Assembly: GCA_977030845.1 (NCBI GenBank)
Contig: OZ365111.1
Span: 21,390,001-21,454,000 of the forward strand
Source of the DNA: Fimbriosthenelais zetlandica
Taxonomy: Eukaryota
DNA length: 64,000 bases
Direction: 5' to 3'
The notes under the pieces are model-generated. The model had not been told where the DNA came from, ran no database searches, and was given only the letters and a program-made list of their open reading frames with translations. Positions 39,797 through 52,359 of this stretch are shown here, piece after piece (positions within the stretch are counted from its first letter, which is position 1; every line of letters starts with the position of its first letter). The position numbers and the translations under genes are program-made.

Positions 39797-42782
39797 ATTG
39801 CATCCACTACAGAGACTTTTGGAACTGTCAAGGATTATGGAAAGGATCTTTTAGATATGGTCAGGTTTAAGATGCCTGCAGAAGTTTCCATTTTCCATAT
39901 ACTGGTATATATATATTCCAGCCTGCCTGCTGCAAAGTCCAATTTCCGTCCATCCATCATCCTCTGTGGCCGAATAACATTCATCTGACTCTGCTCTTTG
40001 AGGACGGATGTCGGGGGCCTGCCTTTGTCAATTTCAGTTAAAATAGTATCTTACACTTTGAACAGACAAGATCATTTTTGTGATCGCGCTTATGGCACAA
40101 GCGACTTCTTTGTTTGTCTCTTTGAGCACTGCCATCCAAGATCTCGAGTGTGCACCTAAATCAAGTGAACTATATCTTCTGCGACTTAATTAGAAAAACT
40201 AATCTGCATAGTTGATTGCTGGCGTTTTTTCTCAAGTCGCAGAAAAACGCAAGCAAGCGGAGGCATTCTCAGTTTGTTCCAGGTATAAGGGGTCCACTAT
40301 ACGTCGGCGAGTTGCTACCTACATCATAATGGTCAGTCAAAACTTTGTAAAGTAATATCTACTCCATATTTATTTGCAGCTGGATCAGTGAGGTCCTTTT
40401 TCTCCAGCCAGATGAATTATGTATTGTGACGACCTCAACCTCTTAATCAAATTTTGTCAAGTTGTGATCAAGTGCCTGGTTACCAGGAGGAATCTTCACG
40501 TGCCAGCAGTCAGGTGTTGGTGGCCGCCATGATGGATTCACGGGTCACACGGCACCCTCCATCCATCTGGTTCCAGGGCCGAGGGCAAAGTACCACCTCC
40601 ATAATAATAAGACAAAATAAACACCATGTCCTTTTTCAGGAATATATAGACAGACATAATGGGTTCTTATAGTGAGGACTGCCAGATTCTGCCAGATACA
40701 CATCATGCTCTTAATCTTTTATCCTACCACTTATCTCCTTCATATATGGATCTATTTTAATTTAATTATCTCTAATATGACATGTGATTCTCCAGAATTA
40801 TTTTGAGAAAATTAGGGCCTACATTTATATCACAAATGATTTTGGGAAGGTATGGCCATGCAGCAGAATATATGTTGAAAGGCAAGTCTCCCTAGCAAAG
40901 ATGAAACCTGCTGTACATGGGCCTAGGTAGATCATCAGAGAAGATGACCTTGATGTCAGTAGAATAATATTATGAAGAGTTGTATTTCAATTTGACTGCC
41001 ACAATATCCTCGAGCCAACAAAGTGACACAGATAAGCATCTGGCCAGATATCACCGGGATGTGTCACTCCCTACATGCGCAGGGGCAAGCGGGTCACTTG
41101 TGCCATGTTAATATTGTCAATCCGAGGAAATTCCCCCCAACTGAATAAAACATGACAGGGATCATTTATTCTAATATTTATCAAGGGCACATCTTTCCTG
41201 GGGGTGAAAGATACATTTTTACGACCAAAGTCGCATGATATTAGCTCGCCTTGTTCACAGGGAAACCCTACGGCAGGGATTTTTGGGAAGCGTCTGCCAA
41301 AAGGCGAAAACTTGATTGCGATGACTGTGCTCACTCTAGCTACATATAATGTGTAGCAAAAAGTGCTAAAGACACCAAATTTCCTTTAGCAATTTGCAGT
41401 TGGCGTTAGCAGATGTCAATTTGAAGGAAACATTGCTAGTTGGATTTTTCATTCAACTCTGATATTTGTGTGATTTTGCAGTGGTTAGGCTTAATTTTCA
41501 TTTCGCAAAATCAGCGAATAACAGTAATTTTCTTTTAGCAAAGTAGTATTTTTATTCGCAAATTGCTACAGTGCGATCGGAGCGAGCCCAGGATGAAAAT
41601 AACACACAGGGAAGAGTGAATGTTGCCAGCAAACCCTGGCAAAGAATGTGCAAATGAAACGTGTCGAAGGTGATATAATAGGGGAACCTAATACTGTTAG
41701 GCCTACCTCACAGATTCAGGTCTGTTACCCCCAGCAGAGATGCTGACCTCCATACAAGGCTCTTGCAACTCCTCAAAGAGAGGTCTATATATGACTACGA
41801 GGCATTATTACTTTGTAAGCATCTGTACACCCAGATCAGGGGCTACAGCAACGCCTGCCATAGCATGTTGTCATGACAACTTAGGTGCAAACAAAGTCAT
41901 CTCCCAGTCACATTGCCAATGCCCTTGCTCTTGGGTGGCCCTTCTGGTCAAGGTCGTTGATCTTTAGTCAGCTCACCAAGCGGAAGTGGACCTAAGCAGT
42001 TTTCTTTTGTCATGGTTAAATATTGTCCTTGTTAGAGGACTCAGGCATGCTGAGGACTTCTGTTGTTATCAATAGGACAAACACTGTCACATCAACTCTG
42101 AATTATGGCGTGTGGAATCAGAGTTGAATTATTCAATGGTCAATGCCTCGTTAGGCCTGGGAACTGGGGGTGGAGGAGGGTCGGGGTAGGGGGCAGGGGC
42201 TGATTACAGGGAATGGTGTATTTTACATTACATGCAGGTTTCCAATCTGACCTATAATCATCAGACAACTCTTCATGAACACTTCACAATCAACAACTTC
42301 ACCAATTTGCAAGAACTTGCCTCTTATAGAGGAAATGAACTACATTGATGGAATTGATACATGATACAATACTTGATACCTTTCAACAACAAAATCTTCA
42401 GCAACATCATTGAATCAATGAAAACAAGAGAAAGAAAGTACAATGCTTCGAACTTCAAAGAAAGAGCTCCTTTCGTAAATGGGTATATATACACAGAGAC
42501 ATAGGAAACAAATTATCTGACCTTTAACTAATTGCTGGTCATGACTACAGGAATTGTTAAGAATGGCTAAAAGACAACCAGTCCCGAGGACTATAGCTTC
42601 AGAAGCCGATGATTATAAGTGTGGAGGCGAGGGATGAGAGCTTTTCCATGTATGACCATGGAAGCCAGACCAGCATGGGCCAGCATTGACCACAGGGTGC
42701 ATCAGGGCAAGCATGATCTATGGCCTCTAGATTCACCGCCTCTTGTCTACTAGCTAGAGGAGGTAAGTGGAGGTGGGGGAGG

Positions 42783-42809
42783 TCTCTCTCTCTCTCTCTC
42801 TCTCTCTCT
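42783..42809. repeat. (TC)13 microsatellite
   Basis: Uninterrupted tctc... run. Confidence 0.98.
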
Positions 42810-45049
42810 GGCATTAGAAAATCCATAGCCTTTATATTGGGGGCAAAGTTCTATAGCCCAGGCCTTGCATATTATATGTCTGTACGTGCGATTCTATAGC
42901 TGAGATGTTAACTGGGACATTATAGGACATCCACTGAAGCAGCTTAAAATGATCATCAAAAGCCGATTATTGATGAGTTCAATTAGTTCAAACTATTATT
43001 TCGCCAAGGATCTTTCTCTAGATTTGTAAATTGTAACCCCACTGAAGCACTGTAAAATTGTTATGGGCAACCAGACACTCAAGGAGTTCATTTAGTTAAA
43101 GCAATAATATTTGTACGATTTATTGTTTGAAGGTCAAACTTCAAAGAACTAAACCATTCCTCGGTTGAACTGTATGCTATTGGCTACATAGAAAATAAAC
43201 TGATGATAAATATACTGTATATGGGGTCGGCGGTTTTTCCTCCCAACCCGGACTCGTATATTACAAGTGCTCAATATGAAAGGTTGGAGTAGAGTATTGA
43301 CGTGTGAGGTGCCATCCTTTTTCCCGCCTTCTACCACCATCGCCTGATGGATGGGGAAGCGGCTCTCTGTTGTAGGTGGGATAAGAGCAGATCTTTCTAA
43401 AGCTGGAACCCAGTGAATAGGAGCTTCTCATCCCGTCACTGACTCCTTCATGATGTTCCTCTCCTACCCACCTCTGATAACTCTCTCAATGTCTTCACCC
43501 CTTCAACTGCCCCTTGGATATTGTCCTAAATTTCTTAAAATTGTCCTAAGATTTCAATAAAAGAGTATAAAATAGGAGGCTCTCTTCATTTTTCTGAATT
43601 GATACTGGACTTTCTATACAAAATTTGGGTACATATAATTAAAAGAGACTCAGATTGAGAAATAAAAGTATACACCCAGTACAATCATTAATTTTTAAAT
43701 ACATTGGGAGATACTTAGCATTTTAACTCCACAAAGGTTATGGGCAATGGGGACATTTGTAATTCGCCAATTTACTCGTGTCCGCAAAAAAAAGAAAAAG
43801 AACTGGAATGGATTTGAAAGATATTGCATGTTTCATATCGATCTCATGGTTTTTCATATGAATAATTTCGAAGCAATTAATGGACAATTTCACAGGCTAA
43901 TCCGAATGGCTGGCTAATGGGGATCTGTGTTGAATCCGCAGTGAAATTGACTGGAGTAAAAAAGAAGGCGTAAAAAGAATGGTTGTTGTCTTTTCTACAA
44001 GCAAACAGACGGCATTGTATTGTAGCTTAGGGAAAATAAAGAAGAGGGAGAATAGCCTTTTAACCCAAGAATAATAGCTGAATGCCTTGTGTCTTTTTGG
44101 AGGAAAGATGCATGACTGAATGGGACATATTCTGGCACTTTTGAGTATCAGTCTCGAGACTAAAATCGCATCAGACGGCAATATTATGCTAAGTTATTCA
44201 AATAAATTCAAAAGAGAATATAGTGAGAAATCAAGGCTGGGTGAGTTTCTAGTTTTTCCGGTGATGGAGAAAAAAGCAGGACAATGACAACCACAGACGC
44301 CCACGGTCTCTTGCCTACTCTTAATAGTATGGCACCAACAGCATTCTCTCTATGGATGGCACTTAACACCCAGCCCCTGTATTTCATACAGCAAGTGGGA
44401 ATAAGTGAGGGCCTACAGGGTGTGGTATTGTTTGGACGGGTCTCTAAGCCTCTAGTATGATTGATCAGGTTATTGGTGTCGGGGGAGGTGGAGGCTGAGG
44501 GCCAAATCAGCCAGAGTGACCTTCGGGTGTCGGAAGAAAAACTTCTTCTCCGCCCTGAAGGCTGTCAGCTTGGGGATGAAAAAAAACCTTGTGCAGACTT
44601 AGTCTGTTAAGCCTGAGGTGTCTCAATTTATAGCCAATTAAATCTTTGTAAAGAAATTCCTTTCAGAAATTAAATATCGACGCAGATCAAATTAATGAAG
44701 ACAAGAAAGCCAATAAGATGATAACCTGGAGATATTGTTTGCACAACTTTAAAAGTTTCAAGTTAACTTGAAAATGCTACATCAGCTTCACTTGAACATG
44801 CTACATCAGGCAAAAGGTGGGCAGCAAGCAACAATGAAGCGCTATCACTTTAGAAATTCTAATCCGTAGAATCTGATTTTCTACCACTTTGGTACGAGGA
44901 AAAGCTATTAGACCGTACCGAACCCTTTAATAATTCTATCCCGTGATCACTTAATGCACTTCCCTTCCATACTTTAAGATGGAGCTATAATTAGGAGTAC
45001 AATGTAAAAGCATTTGCTCCTCATCCTCAGCCTTCCACCCTCGAAGTAA

Positions 45050-45384
45050 TTGAGCCTGCGGTTCAGCCAGGTTGAGGTGTCGCCCTCACAAGAGGGGTCG
45101 CGTATTCTTCCCGCCGCAACTTCTTTAAGTCGCGGACAAATCTGGAGTAAGGCGTGCCTCACACGTTCCCTAAAGTATAACGAGGCTGACGGACAGCATC
45201 ATGCCATCCATCCAACGCGCCCGCGCCGACTTAATTACTTCCGGTCTTGTGGAGGCTATCTCGGGAATTATCCTCGACGTGGCGTTGTGCTCGGCATTGA
45301 TCAATGGGCCGAAGAGGTAGGGGCAGAAGAGGTGTGTTCACAGGAGGTAACAAGTCAAGTTGGTATGTAAAAAGTTGGGTAAGA
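45050..45384 (+). promoter_or_regulatory. CpG island-like promoter and candidate first exon (ATG 45304, MGRRGRGRRGVFTG...) ending in a cluster of donors
   Basis: High CpG density, ACTTCCGG at 45237-45244, E2F-like TTCCCGCC, and three donors in about 40 bp (gtaaca 45347, gtatgt 45363, gtaaga 45379). Confidence 0.5.
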
Positions 45385-45545
45385 AAGCCTGCTGCTACTA
45401 GAATATGGGATAAAGAAAGACAAATTGAGGGGAAAATGAAGGTATGTGAAACTAACTACAAAGCCTAAAACTAACCCCCAAATGTGGGATTTGATGGCAG
45501 GCCCTTTAGGCTTATAGTATTTTGGCAGTTTCTAGACAAGTCAGC

Positions 45546-45757
45546 CAGTTTTAGAACTGAATTTGTCCATGCATGTCCCGCGCGGCCATTTGATGTCAAA
45601 ACTAAATGGCAATTTTCAAAATCAAATGGCCCGGAAAAGTGTGGTATATGATCGTTATTTGAATTTTTAAATGGCCCACCAATCCATTTGTTTGGAGAAT
45701 AAAATGGCCAATCTCAAAATCGTATGGCCTCGGGCCATCGCTTATATTCTAAAACAG
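45546..45757. mobile_element. Possible hAT-like MITE remnant with repeated AAATGGC(C) motifs
   Basis: It starts cagttttagaact and ends ttctaaaacag, a near reverse complement. There are about five internal aaatggc copies in both orientations. No TSD was confirmed. Confidence 0.4.
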
Positions 45758-46446
45758 TTTTAGAACTCAATTTATCGTGGGGGTCAGAGCTGGTGGAGAA
45801 AGGTCATTAATGACATTCTATCTCAATGATAATAATTGGTTTACAGGTTATATTACTTGTCCATTAACCATATTCAGAAACAGAGCAGATGACAAGATTG
45901 TGCAACCTGTTTCCACCGAACGAGAGTAAGATTTTTATATGAGTATAGGCATTCCTGTTACAAGCTAGCTAATGTGAGATTACATCCTTTGATATGAAGA
46001 AAAATAGGTCTTTCATCGGCTGATGTGAAAATATACTGCATATCAGGCAGAAGAGATATTCTTTTAATATGGGTGAGGCATACATTAATACCAACGCCCC
46101 TACTTTAGAGATTGTGCAATAATGGAAGATTGAATGACCTTAATTAAGAAACCATTTCCTTAATTAAAGCATAAGCAGGACTTATAAATCAAAACAGGCT
46201 TTATATTTAATCCCAGCACTCGAGAATTTAATTAATCAAGAGACTCGTGAGATTAATTCTAACACCAGAAGAGAGTTTTTAACATCAATTGTGTTGACCT
46301 GCTTTCTGTAGGGGGATTTCTTGATTTATTGGTAAGATTTATTTCTTCTAGGGTTTAATTTGTTTCAGAGGTATCCCTTGTAATTACATCCGGACCTGCT
46401 AACTATGTGTAAAAATGTTAAGAGATCGAGTCAAAAATAAGACATT

Positions 46447-46730
46447 AACAATGGGACCCCAGTTACTATTCTGCTAATATGGAAGTCACATGGAAAATTA
46501 CAGAGGGTGCCGCTAGATATAAGAAAGGTTCTGATAGTTTGACATCCAATACGAATATTTTCCAATACAAAGTTGAACAATGGGACCTCTGATACTATTC
46601 TGCTAATATGGAAGTGACAAGTACAATTTCAGAGGACGCCTCAGGCTCTCAACATTATACAAAGGTTCTGATAGTTTGACATCCAATACGATGTTTGACA
46701 TCCAATACGAATATTTTCCAATACAAAGTT
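46447..46730. repeat. Two-copy diverged tandem repeat (129-bp and about 155-bp units)
   Basis: The unit aacaatgggacc...tactattctgctaatatggaagt...aaaggttctgatagtttgacatccaatacgaatattttccaatacaaagtt occurs at 46447-46575 and 46576-46730. Copy 2 contains an extra internal duplication of gtttgacatccaatacga. Confidence 0.92.
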
Positions 46731-49700
46731 CGACATCCAGCACAAAGCACCTCCCCTATGTCGACTCCCCTATTGGTCGATATCGGGAAGTGGTCGCTTC
46801 GGGGGTATTCTAAAGAGAAGTAAAAATAGGACCAGACAAACACGGTCGCTTTAGTGGGGTGGTCGCTATAGGTTAACGGTCGGATTGGGGAGCACTGCGT
46901 ATTGCTCTAACTTCTAGACTTTACATGTCACAGCCACTCCTCAATTCAGCCTGGCTTTTCAAGACACACAGCTAGGGAGTCAATGGGGAAGAATTATGCC
47001 TTGATGTTACGCTGGTATTCCCTCAATTTACGATTCCACCCACGAGAGCAGAAAATGTGACAGCTCATCTCCTGGTCAATTTTGCACATCAAGGCAAAGG
47101 ATGGGAGAAAAGCAGCGATCCTTCATTCAATGCTAGGTGGCTAAAGCATGTGCGTAATGAAGATTAATGAGAGTGAAATTTCTAGTTCAGTAAGTCATCG
47201 CTTCAGGGTCTCCCAAAATAAATACTGTCCAATCAATCAGTCAATGATTCAAAAAAGTGTGAGCAACAATCAATCGATAAAGCCATGGATGAATTGGTTT
47301 AAATAAGCAGGCAGAAAAAAGTGTGAGCAACTATGTACAGTTGCCACGCAGAGAGAAAAAGTAGCCTTTTTTTTTGGTAAGGAAAATGTTAAAAATGGCG
47401 AATTTGTGATGGAGTGGGTATTATTTCTTAGGATGAAGTCAAGCTGACATTGAATTACAGCCACAGTAGGCTGAAGTCTTGTATAAAACAATTTCAATTT
47501 GTACTGTCCGTTTTTGTGAAAACAATAGTTCCCATGTATAATACCTTCACGCCACATCCGGATGTTGTAGCAAATGCATGTCGGCGCTTTTCCCACGAGG
47601 CCTCGCAAAATCAGATACTTCTTTTTTACAGAGGTGCACTAAAAGCATTGGATCAGATCGGAATACTAGTAGATAATGCCATGCCAGATTCATTTTAATC
47701 ATAACTTACAAGTCTTCTTTTTTTAAGTGAGTACTACCCATAGGAACATTATAACAGAAACATTAGAATTAGAAAGGTTACTTTTTTAAGAATACAGACC
47801 CATAATTCAAGGAGCCTCACAGATGGGGCATGAGAGCCCCGAGTGTTCAAACCTTAAAAAGTGGATTTCTTTCCCGTTCACAGGTGGTGAACAAGGCAGC
47901 AGCTTTGTTCAACAACCATGTTTTATATGTTTGCAGGCATAAAATAAAATACCTATAGTGTCCCAGTGCACTTAAGCCAATTATCTATCAATTAAGTGGG
48001 TATTGATTTCGTATGAAAAAATAAAGTAGTGCCCTAAGGTCCACATATATTATGCTAATTGGAAACATTCCAATCCGTATCATATCATTGAAAAAATCAG
48101 ATGCGTGTATGGGTCTTTAATCTCTAAAACTGTCTGGGATACAGGAAAATGCTCGACTGTTAACACTAACCATACCGTGCATGAAAATTAAAACGACGGT
48201 TACGATTTTTCAAACTATGTTACAAACTGTGTTGAGATGCCAGTACCCATCAAATACAATATTTGTCATTCTTATATAGACACAGGAGCGAGAAAGTAAT
48301 TGATCAGAGGAAATCCAAGAGGCGAGGCTCCCTCCTCATGCCCCTCACATTCCTGTTTATCTGCAGTTGGCAACAAAGGAAATTGAAGTAGCAAGAAACA
48401 AAAGATTGTAGAAAAAAGGAATCAGGCGAGAATTTCACATACAGCTGGATCACTGTGTAACTATCTAGCCCGCTTTTAGGCTTTGATCTGCTGCTTCGTA
48501 AATGGCTGAGGACCCATCTCCGGTACTCCAATACAATCCCTCAATTTACACCTTATGGATCTTCTCACATCAGCATTTTAAAAAAATGTTTAGAACAGTC
48601 ATATCAGATGACTTTTTTTCGGTATATGGAAGGTAACAATAGTGGCAAATAGCAATGGTGAATGCTGAAAGCACTAAATCTATTTAAAAGAACTATATCT
48701 CATGATAAAAAACTTTAATTGACAGGACTTCAAACATTGCTTGCCAATCAAGACCACTGCAAACTCATTGGGCGACAGTTGGTTATTATGCAATGGGCTG
48801 TATGTCAAGCGGACTTTCCAGAAACATTTCCCTTTCCCTAATCAATCTGATTTCATTAGTTCATCAAGACTCCTCGACTTTGTCCAACTAGTAACTTCCC
48901 CCTCTTTCGAACATGCACCACACTTCCCCAGTCGTGCACATATATAGAAGCAGGCCCCTATAATTATCAGTGTATCCAAGCAGAGACAGACACAAGCCAA
49001 GAGGAGCAGCTGGGGTCTTGTTGTGGGCCAAGCACACGCATGATAGACGAGCTGCTCGCGTGAGATTCACTGAGCAACCCAAGGCACATCACAAAAAGTC
49101 CGCCACACCAGGCCGGCCGGACCGCCCGGGATCGGCGATGTTACCATGTAGTGTATCACACATGGTGGCATTGTGCACTGGTTTATGGTGACGAGGGGTC
49201 GAAACTATCGGAAAACCTTCCAGAAAAATCGAAACGTTGGCTGTGAAACATGGTCCATCTATCAGGGAAAAAAGAACACAACCCTATAGAAGACTGTGAA
49301 GAAGATTGCATTGTAAATCGAGGATTCAATATTATAGTGGATATTTCGGATGAGATTTCAATTTGACTGGGGATCCCATTAAAATAGAGATATTATAGGG
49401 ATCCATGAACCCCAATGAATTATACTTTTTATAAGAAATCTTGTATTTCAAGACGACTTATTGCGACCTCTTGGAAGATTTCCATCAGAATGGCTGAAAG
49501 ACTGAAAAGATTGTTTTGTTGCATTGATAGCGGGAATATAGAAAGTCCGTCAGAAGTGGAGGAGACTGCATGAGTAGAGTTCTAGCCCGTGGCTGATATA
49601 TGGACACCCCCTCATACTAAAGACGCACTACAATCAAGCAGCATTGTTCCTCCACTCCTTTCAATCAATCTATAACCTTCCTGTTTGAGCCCCAGGGAAT

Positions 49701-50044
49701 ATAAATGGATTAAAGAGACAAAAGGTAATAGAGTGGCTCGTGGAATGAGGCAATGTGCTTATCAGAGGCCTCGAAGGTTGCTTCATCAGTCTTTATTTGC
49801 CAATGTTAAATACCCAGTGCTAATGTCTTCACCCGCTCTTCCCTCTATATTGGCCGAGGAGTTCAGACCATCTTATTGGAGGGATTTCTTCTGCAGGGCG
49901 TCTTCAGTTTCATTCATCCCTGTCATTATCAAACGGATTCATCAGTTTGAAGCACTCTGGTGCTTCCAACTGTTCAGAGTTGATAAAATTGATAAAATCA
50001 ATAAAATTGTATTCCATATGTTGGTCAGGGAGTCTTCAGACCTA

Positions 50045-50275
50045 AGCGCGTTCTACAGTATACCGATTTATGATCTGATCAGATTAAAATCTGACATGCA
50101 AGATCTGCCCCCGTTGCATCAGTTCTGACATGCACAGTTCTATGAGAGAATCATCCCGATCATGATCTTATCTTCATCCACATTATGCAGATTTATAATC
50201 TGACTCCAATTTGATCTGATGAGATCGTTAAGATCCTGAAATCGGGCCCCAGATCCGTGTAGTGTAGAACGGGCT
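50045..50275. mobile_element. PIF/Harbinger (Tourist)-like MITE, about 230 bp
   Basis: Imperfect TIRs: agcgcgttctacagta versus the reverse complement agcccgttctacacta. The flanks cta and tta are TWA-like 3-bp target sites. The interior is rich in (A/T)GATC(T) motifs. Superfamily assignment is inferred from terminus style only. Confidence 0.65.
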
Positions 50276-50437
50276 TTAGAACTAGAGAGACTAGAAGTCT
50301 CGTTCACATATATACAGTCGAGTCTCGCCTGACGAGCGTCTCACAACATCGGTGATACTGTGACTATTAAAAGATGGTTTGACATCAATCATGTATAAAC
50401 CCCTTAATGCCTTGAACAGAATAGTATTATAGAGATT

Positions 50438-50596
50438 GCAGGCCCTGTCCAAGGAGTCAGACCAAGGTGAGCGCATCTATAAAAGTTGCCTGTGCATTGA
50501 GCTAAACTCTCTATACTATATAGAGAGTTTAGCTCAATGCACAGGCAACTTTTATAGATGCGCTCACCTTGGTCTGACTCCTTGGACAGGGCCTGC
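50438..50596. repeat. Perfect inverted repeat: 78-bp arms with a 3-nt loop (159-bp palindrome, hairpin or foldback element)
   Basis: 50438-50515 (gcaggccctgtccaagg...aaactctctata) is the exact reverse complement of 50519-50596, checked base by base. The loop is cta. Confidence 0.98.
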
Positions 50597-52334
50597 TTCT
50601 AAATCAAGAGAACACATACATGTAGCCTCTGCAACTCGATTAGAAAAGCTAATCGGTGCATTGTATTGCTGCTATTTTTACTCTGAAGTCGCCACAATAC
50701 AAACAATTGGATGCATTCGCAGTCGGTTACAGCCATTAAAAGCTACCGTCTTGCTATGCGAACACATAAAGTTCAGTCCCAAGGTTGGTCGTACTTGTGA
50801 GACTACAGTGTGCTGCACGGTATCAGATTCACTTAATTTCCTTGTTTCATTATATAATTTTCGACCAGCAAACACGTATAACTCTCTCTTCCATTAAATC
50901 CTGTGGGAATCCTGTCCTCTATTGCTCAGACGTTCTAATCTGTTGAGTTATGACTTTGGAATCCTTGCATTAACCATGCCTCACGACCACAGATAAGAGC
51001 ACCACATTAGCTAGCTTAATCTCAAGCAAGATGGGTGCAAGGCATTCCATGAGATAAAATATTATGGTGAAGAAAGGATATCACTGTGGACGAGATAGCA
51101 GGATTAGCAAGACTTTAACGAGAATGGTCTTCTTCAAAAACGGCTGGGCTTTTCAAGATGCGTCGGCTTGAATATTTGGATGAATTTGAAGCCAGATCGA
51201 ACCCAGGCAAAGATACTGTGGCCATTTATTTGATAAAGGTCTATAAGAGATAATGTAATTGTAATGTCTAGTATATTAAGCAGTTATTTGTAAATCTTTG
51301 TCTACATTCACATGGAATAAAGCAATATGCAAGGGACTATAGCATGGCAGAAGCGATTGCATCACGAGCTCAGATGTTCCAATCCAGCCTGGAAGAATAG
51401 AAGGGAAGTACACAATGTTCTGATTGGTCCTGGACTATAGAATGAGAAATCATCTGATCAATGATTCGCGTGGATATACATAGAAAGCCAAAGCCCATTG
51501 TTATTATTATCATTTGGACAGTATATCATCAATCAATGTCCATCACGGCGATGAATATCTTATTGTACTCATAGGTCGTGAACTCGCTGGAACATTTATG
51601 AACAACTGACGACTGATCACAATCTCGAGACGCGATGATATAAGCTGATGTATAATGGATTCATATCCCAGAATATACCCCAGTTCTAAATATATTCTGG
51701 ATGATGGGCAATCAAATGAGGTTATAAAGGCTTTTGGAGCAGCTCGCAGGAACCACTGGCAGGGACCCAAACGCCGAGCCACTCAGCCATGTTTGGATTC
51801 AGAGATCTCCTGCTCCACCCATGAAATAACATGTATTTTTTCACATTGATTTTGAAGCTCGGTACAAATGAGCTCAGTTACATCCCAAACAGCAATGTAA
51901 TGGAAATCACGGGAGCAGAGATAAATAATATTGAGCATCTTTGTCCAAAGTAATTGTTTCTTACGCCTTCCAATCAGATCTGGAGGCCAGGATGGTTTGC
52001 TGTTCTATTACATTTACGTTTGTCAATGTTATGGAGCCCGCACCGGACAATAAAGGATAAGGAAAAGGCTGGCACAAAGATAAAATGGGAATTAAAAAAG
52101 TCGACTCGCAATCGCCCACTTCATAATGGAGTTCATTCGAGGTGGGAACTCGGGGTAATGAAAACCATCCCAAGTTGATGTTCTCAATCAGCTTTGCAGT
52201 GATAGAAATAAAAGAAATGGCTGGTTTCTTTTGGGAATGAAAATGGCCTTTTTCCTCATTGACACAAGGCTGGAAAATGTCATTTTAAGTTGCATCAGTT
52301 TGTGGGATATCGAATGCGAGTGTGTAACGGTTAC

Positions 52335-52359
52335 GTATCGGTTACACTGTAACCGATAC
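52335..52359. repeat. Short perfect inverted repeat (12-bp arms, 1-nt loop) in a cggttac-rich patch, probably MITE interior
   Basis: gtatcggttaca-c-tgtaaccgatac. Confidence 0.8.

Noticed and set aside
47632-47698. LDQIGILVDNA resembles the short-chain dehydrogenase IGILVNN motif
   Set aside because: A stop follows within a few codons and no other SDR exons were found.
49185-49245. Penelope-type minimal hammerhead (gtgacgag...cgaaacgtt)
   Set aside because: The core C is missing and there is no stem I complement.
50216-50245. Hammerhead-like CTGATGAG-ATC-gttaa-GAT-C-ctGAAA
   Set aside because: There are two extra bases before GAAA and no stem I/III pairing. It lies inside a GATC-rich MITE.
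51190-51215. tRNA B-box-like GGTTCGATC (also near 62125 and 55987)
   Set aside because: No A-box at the right spacing and no cloverleaf.
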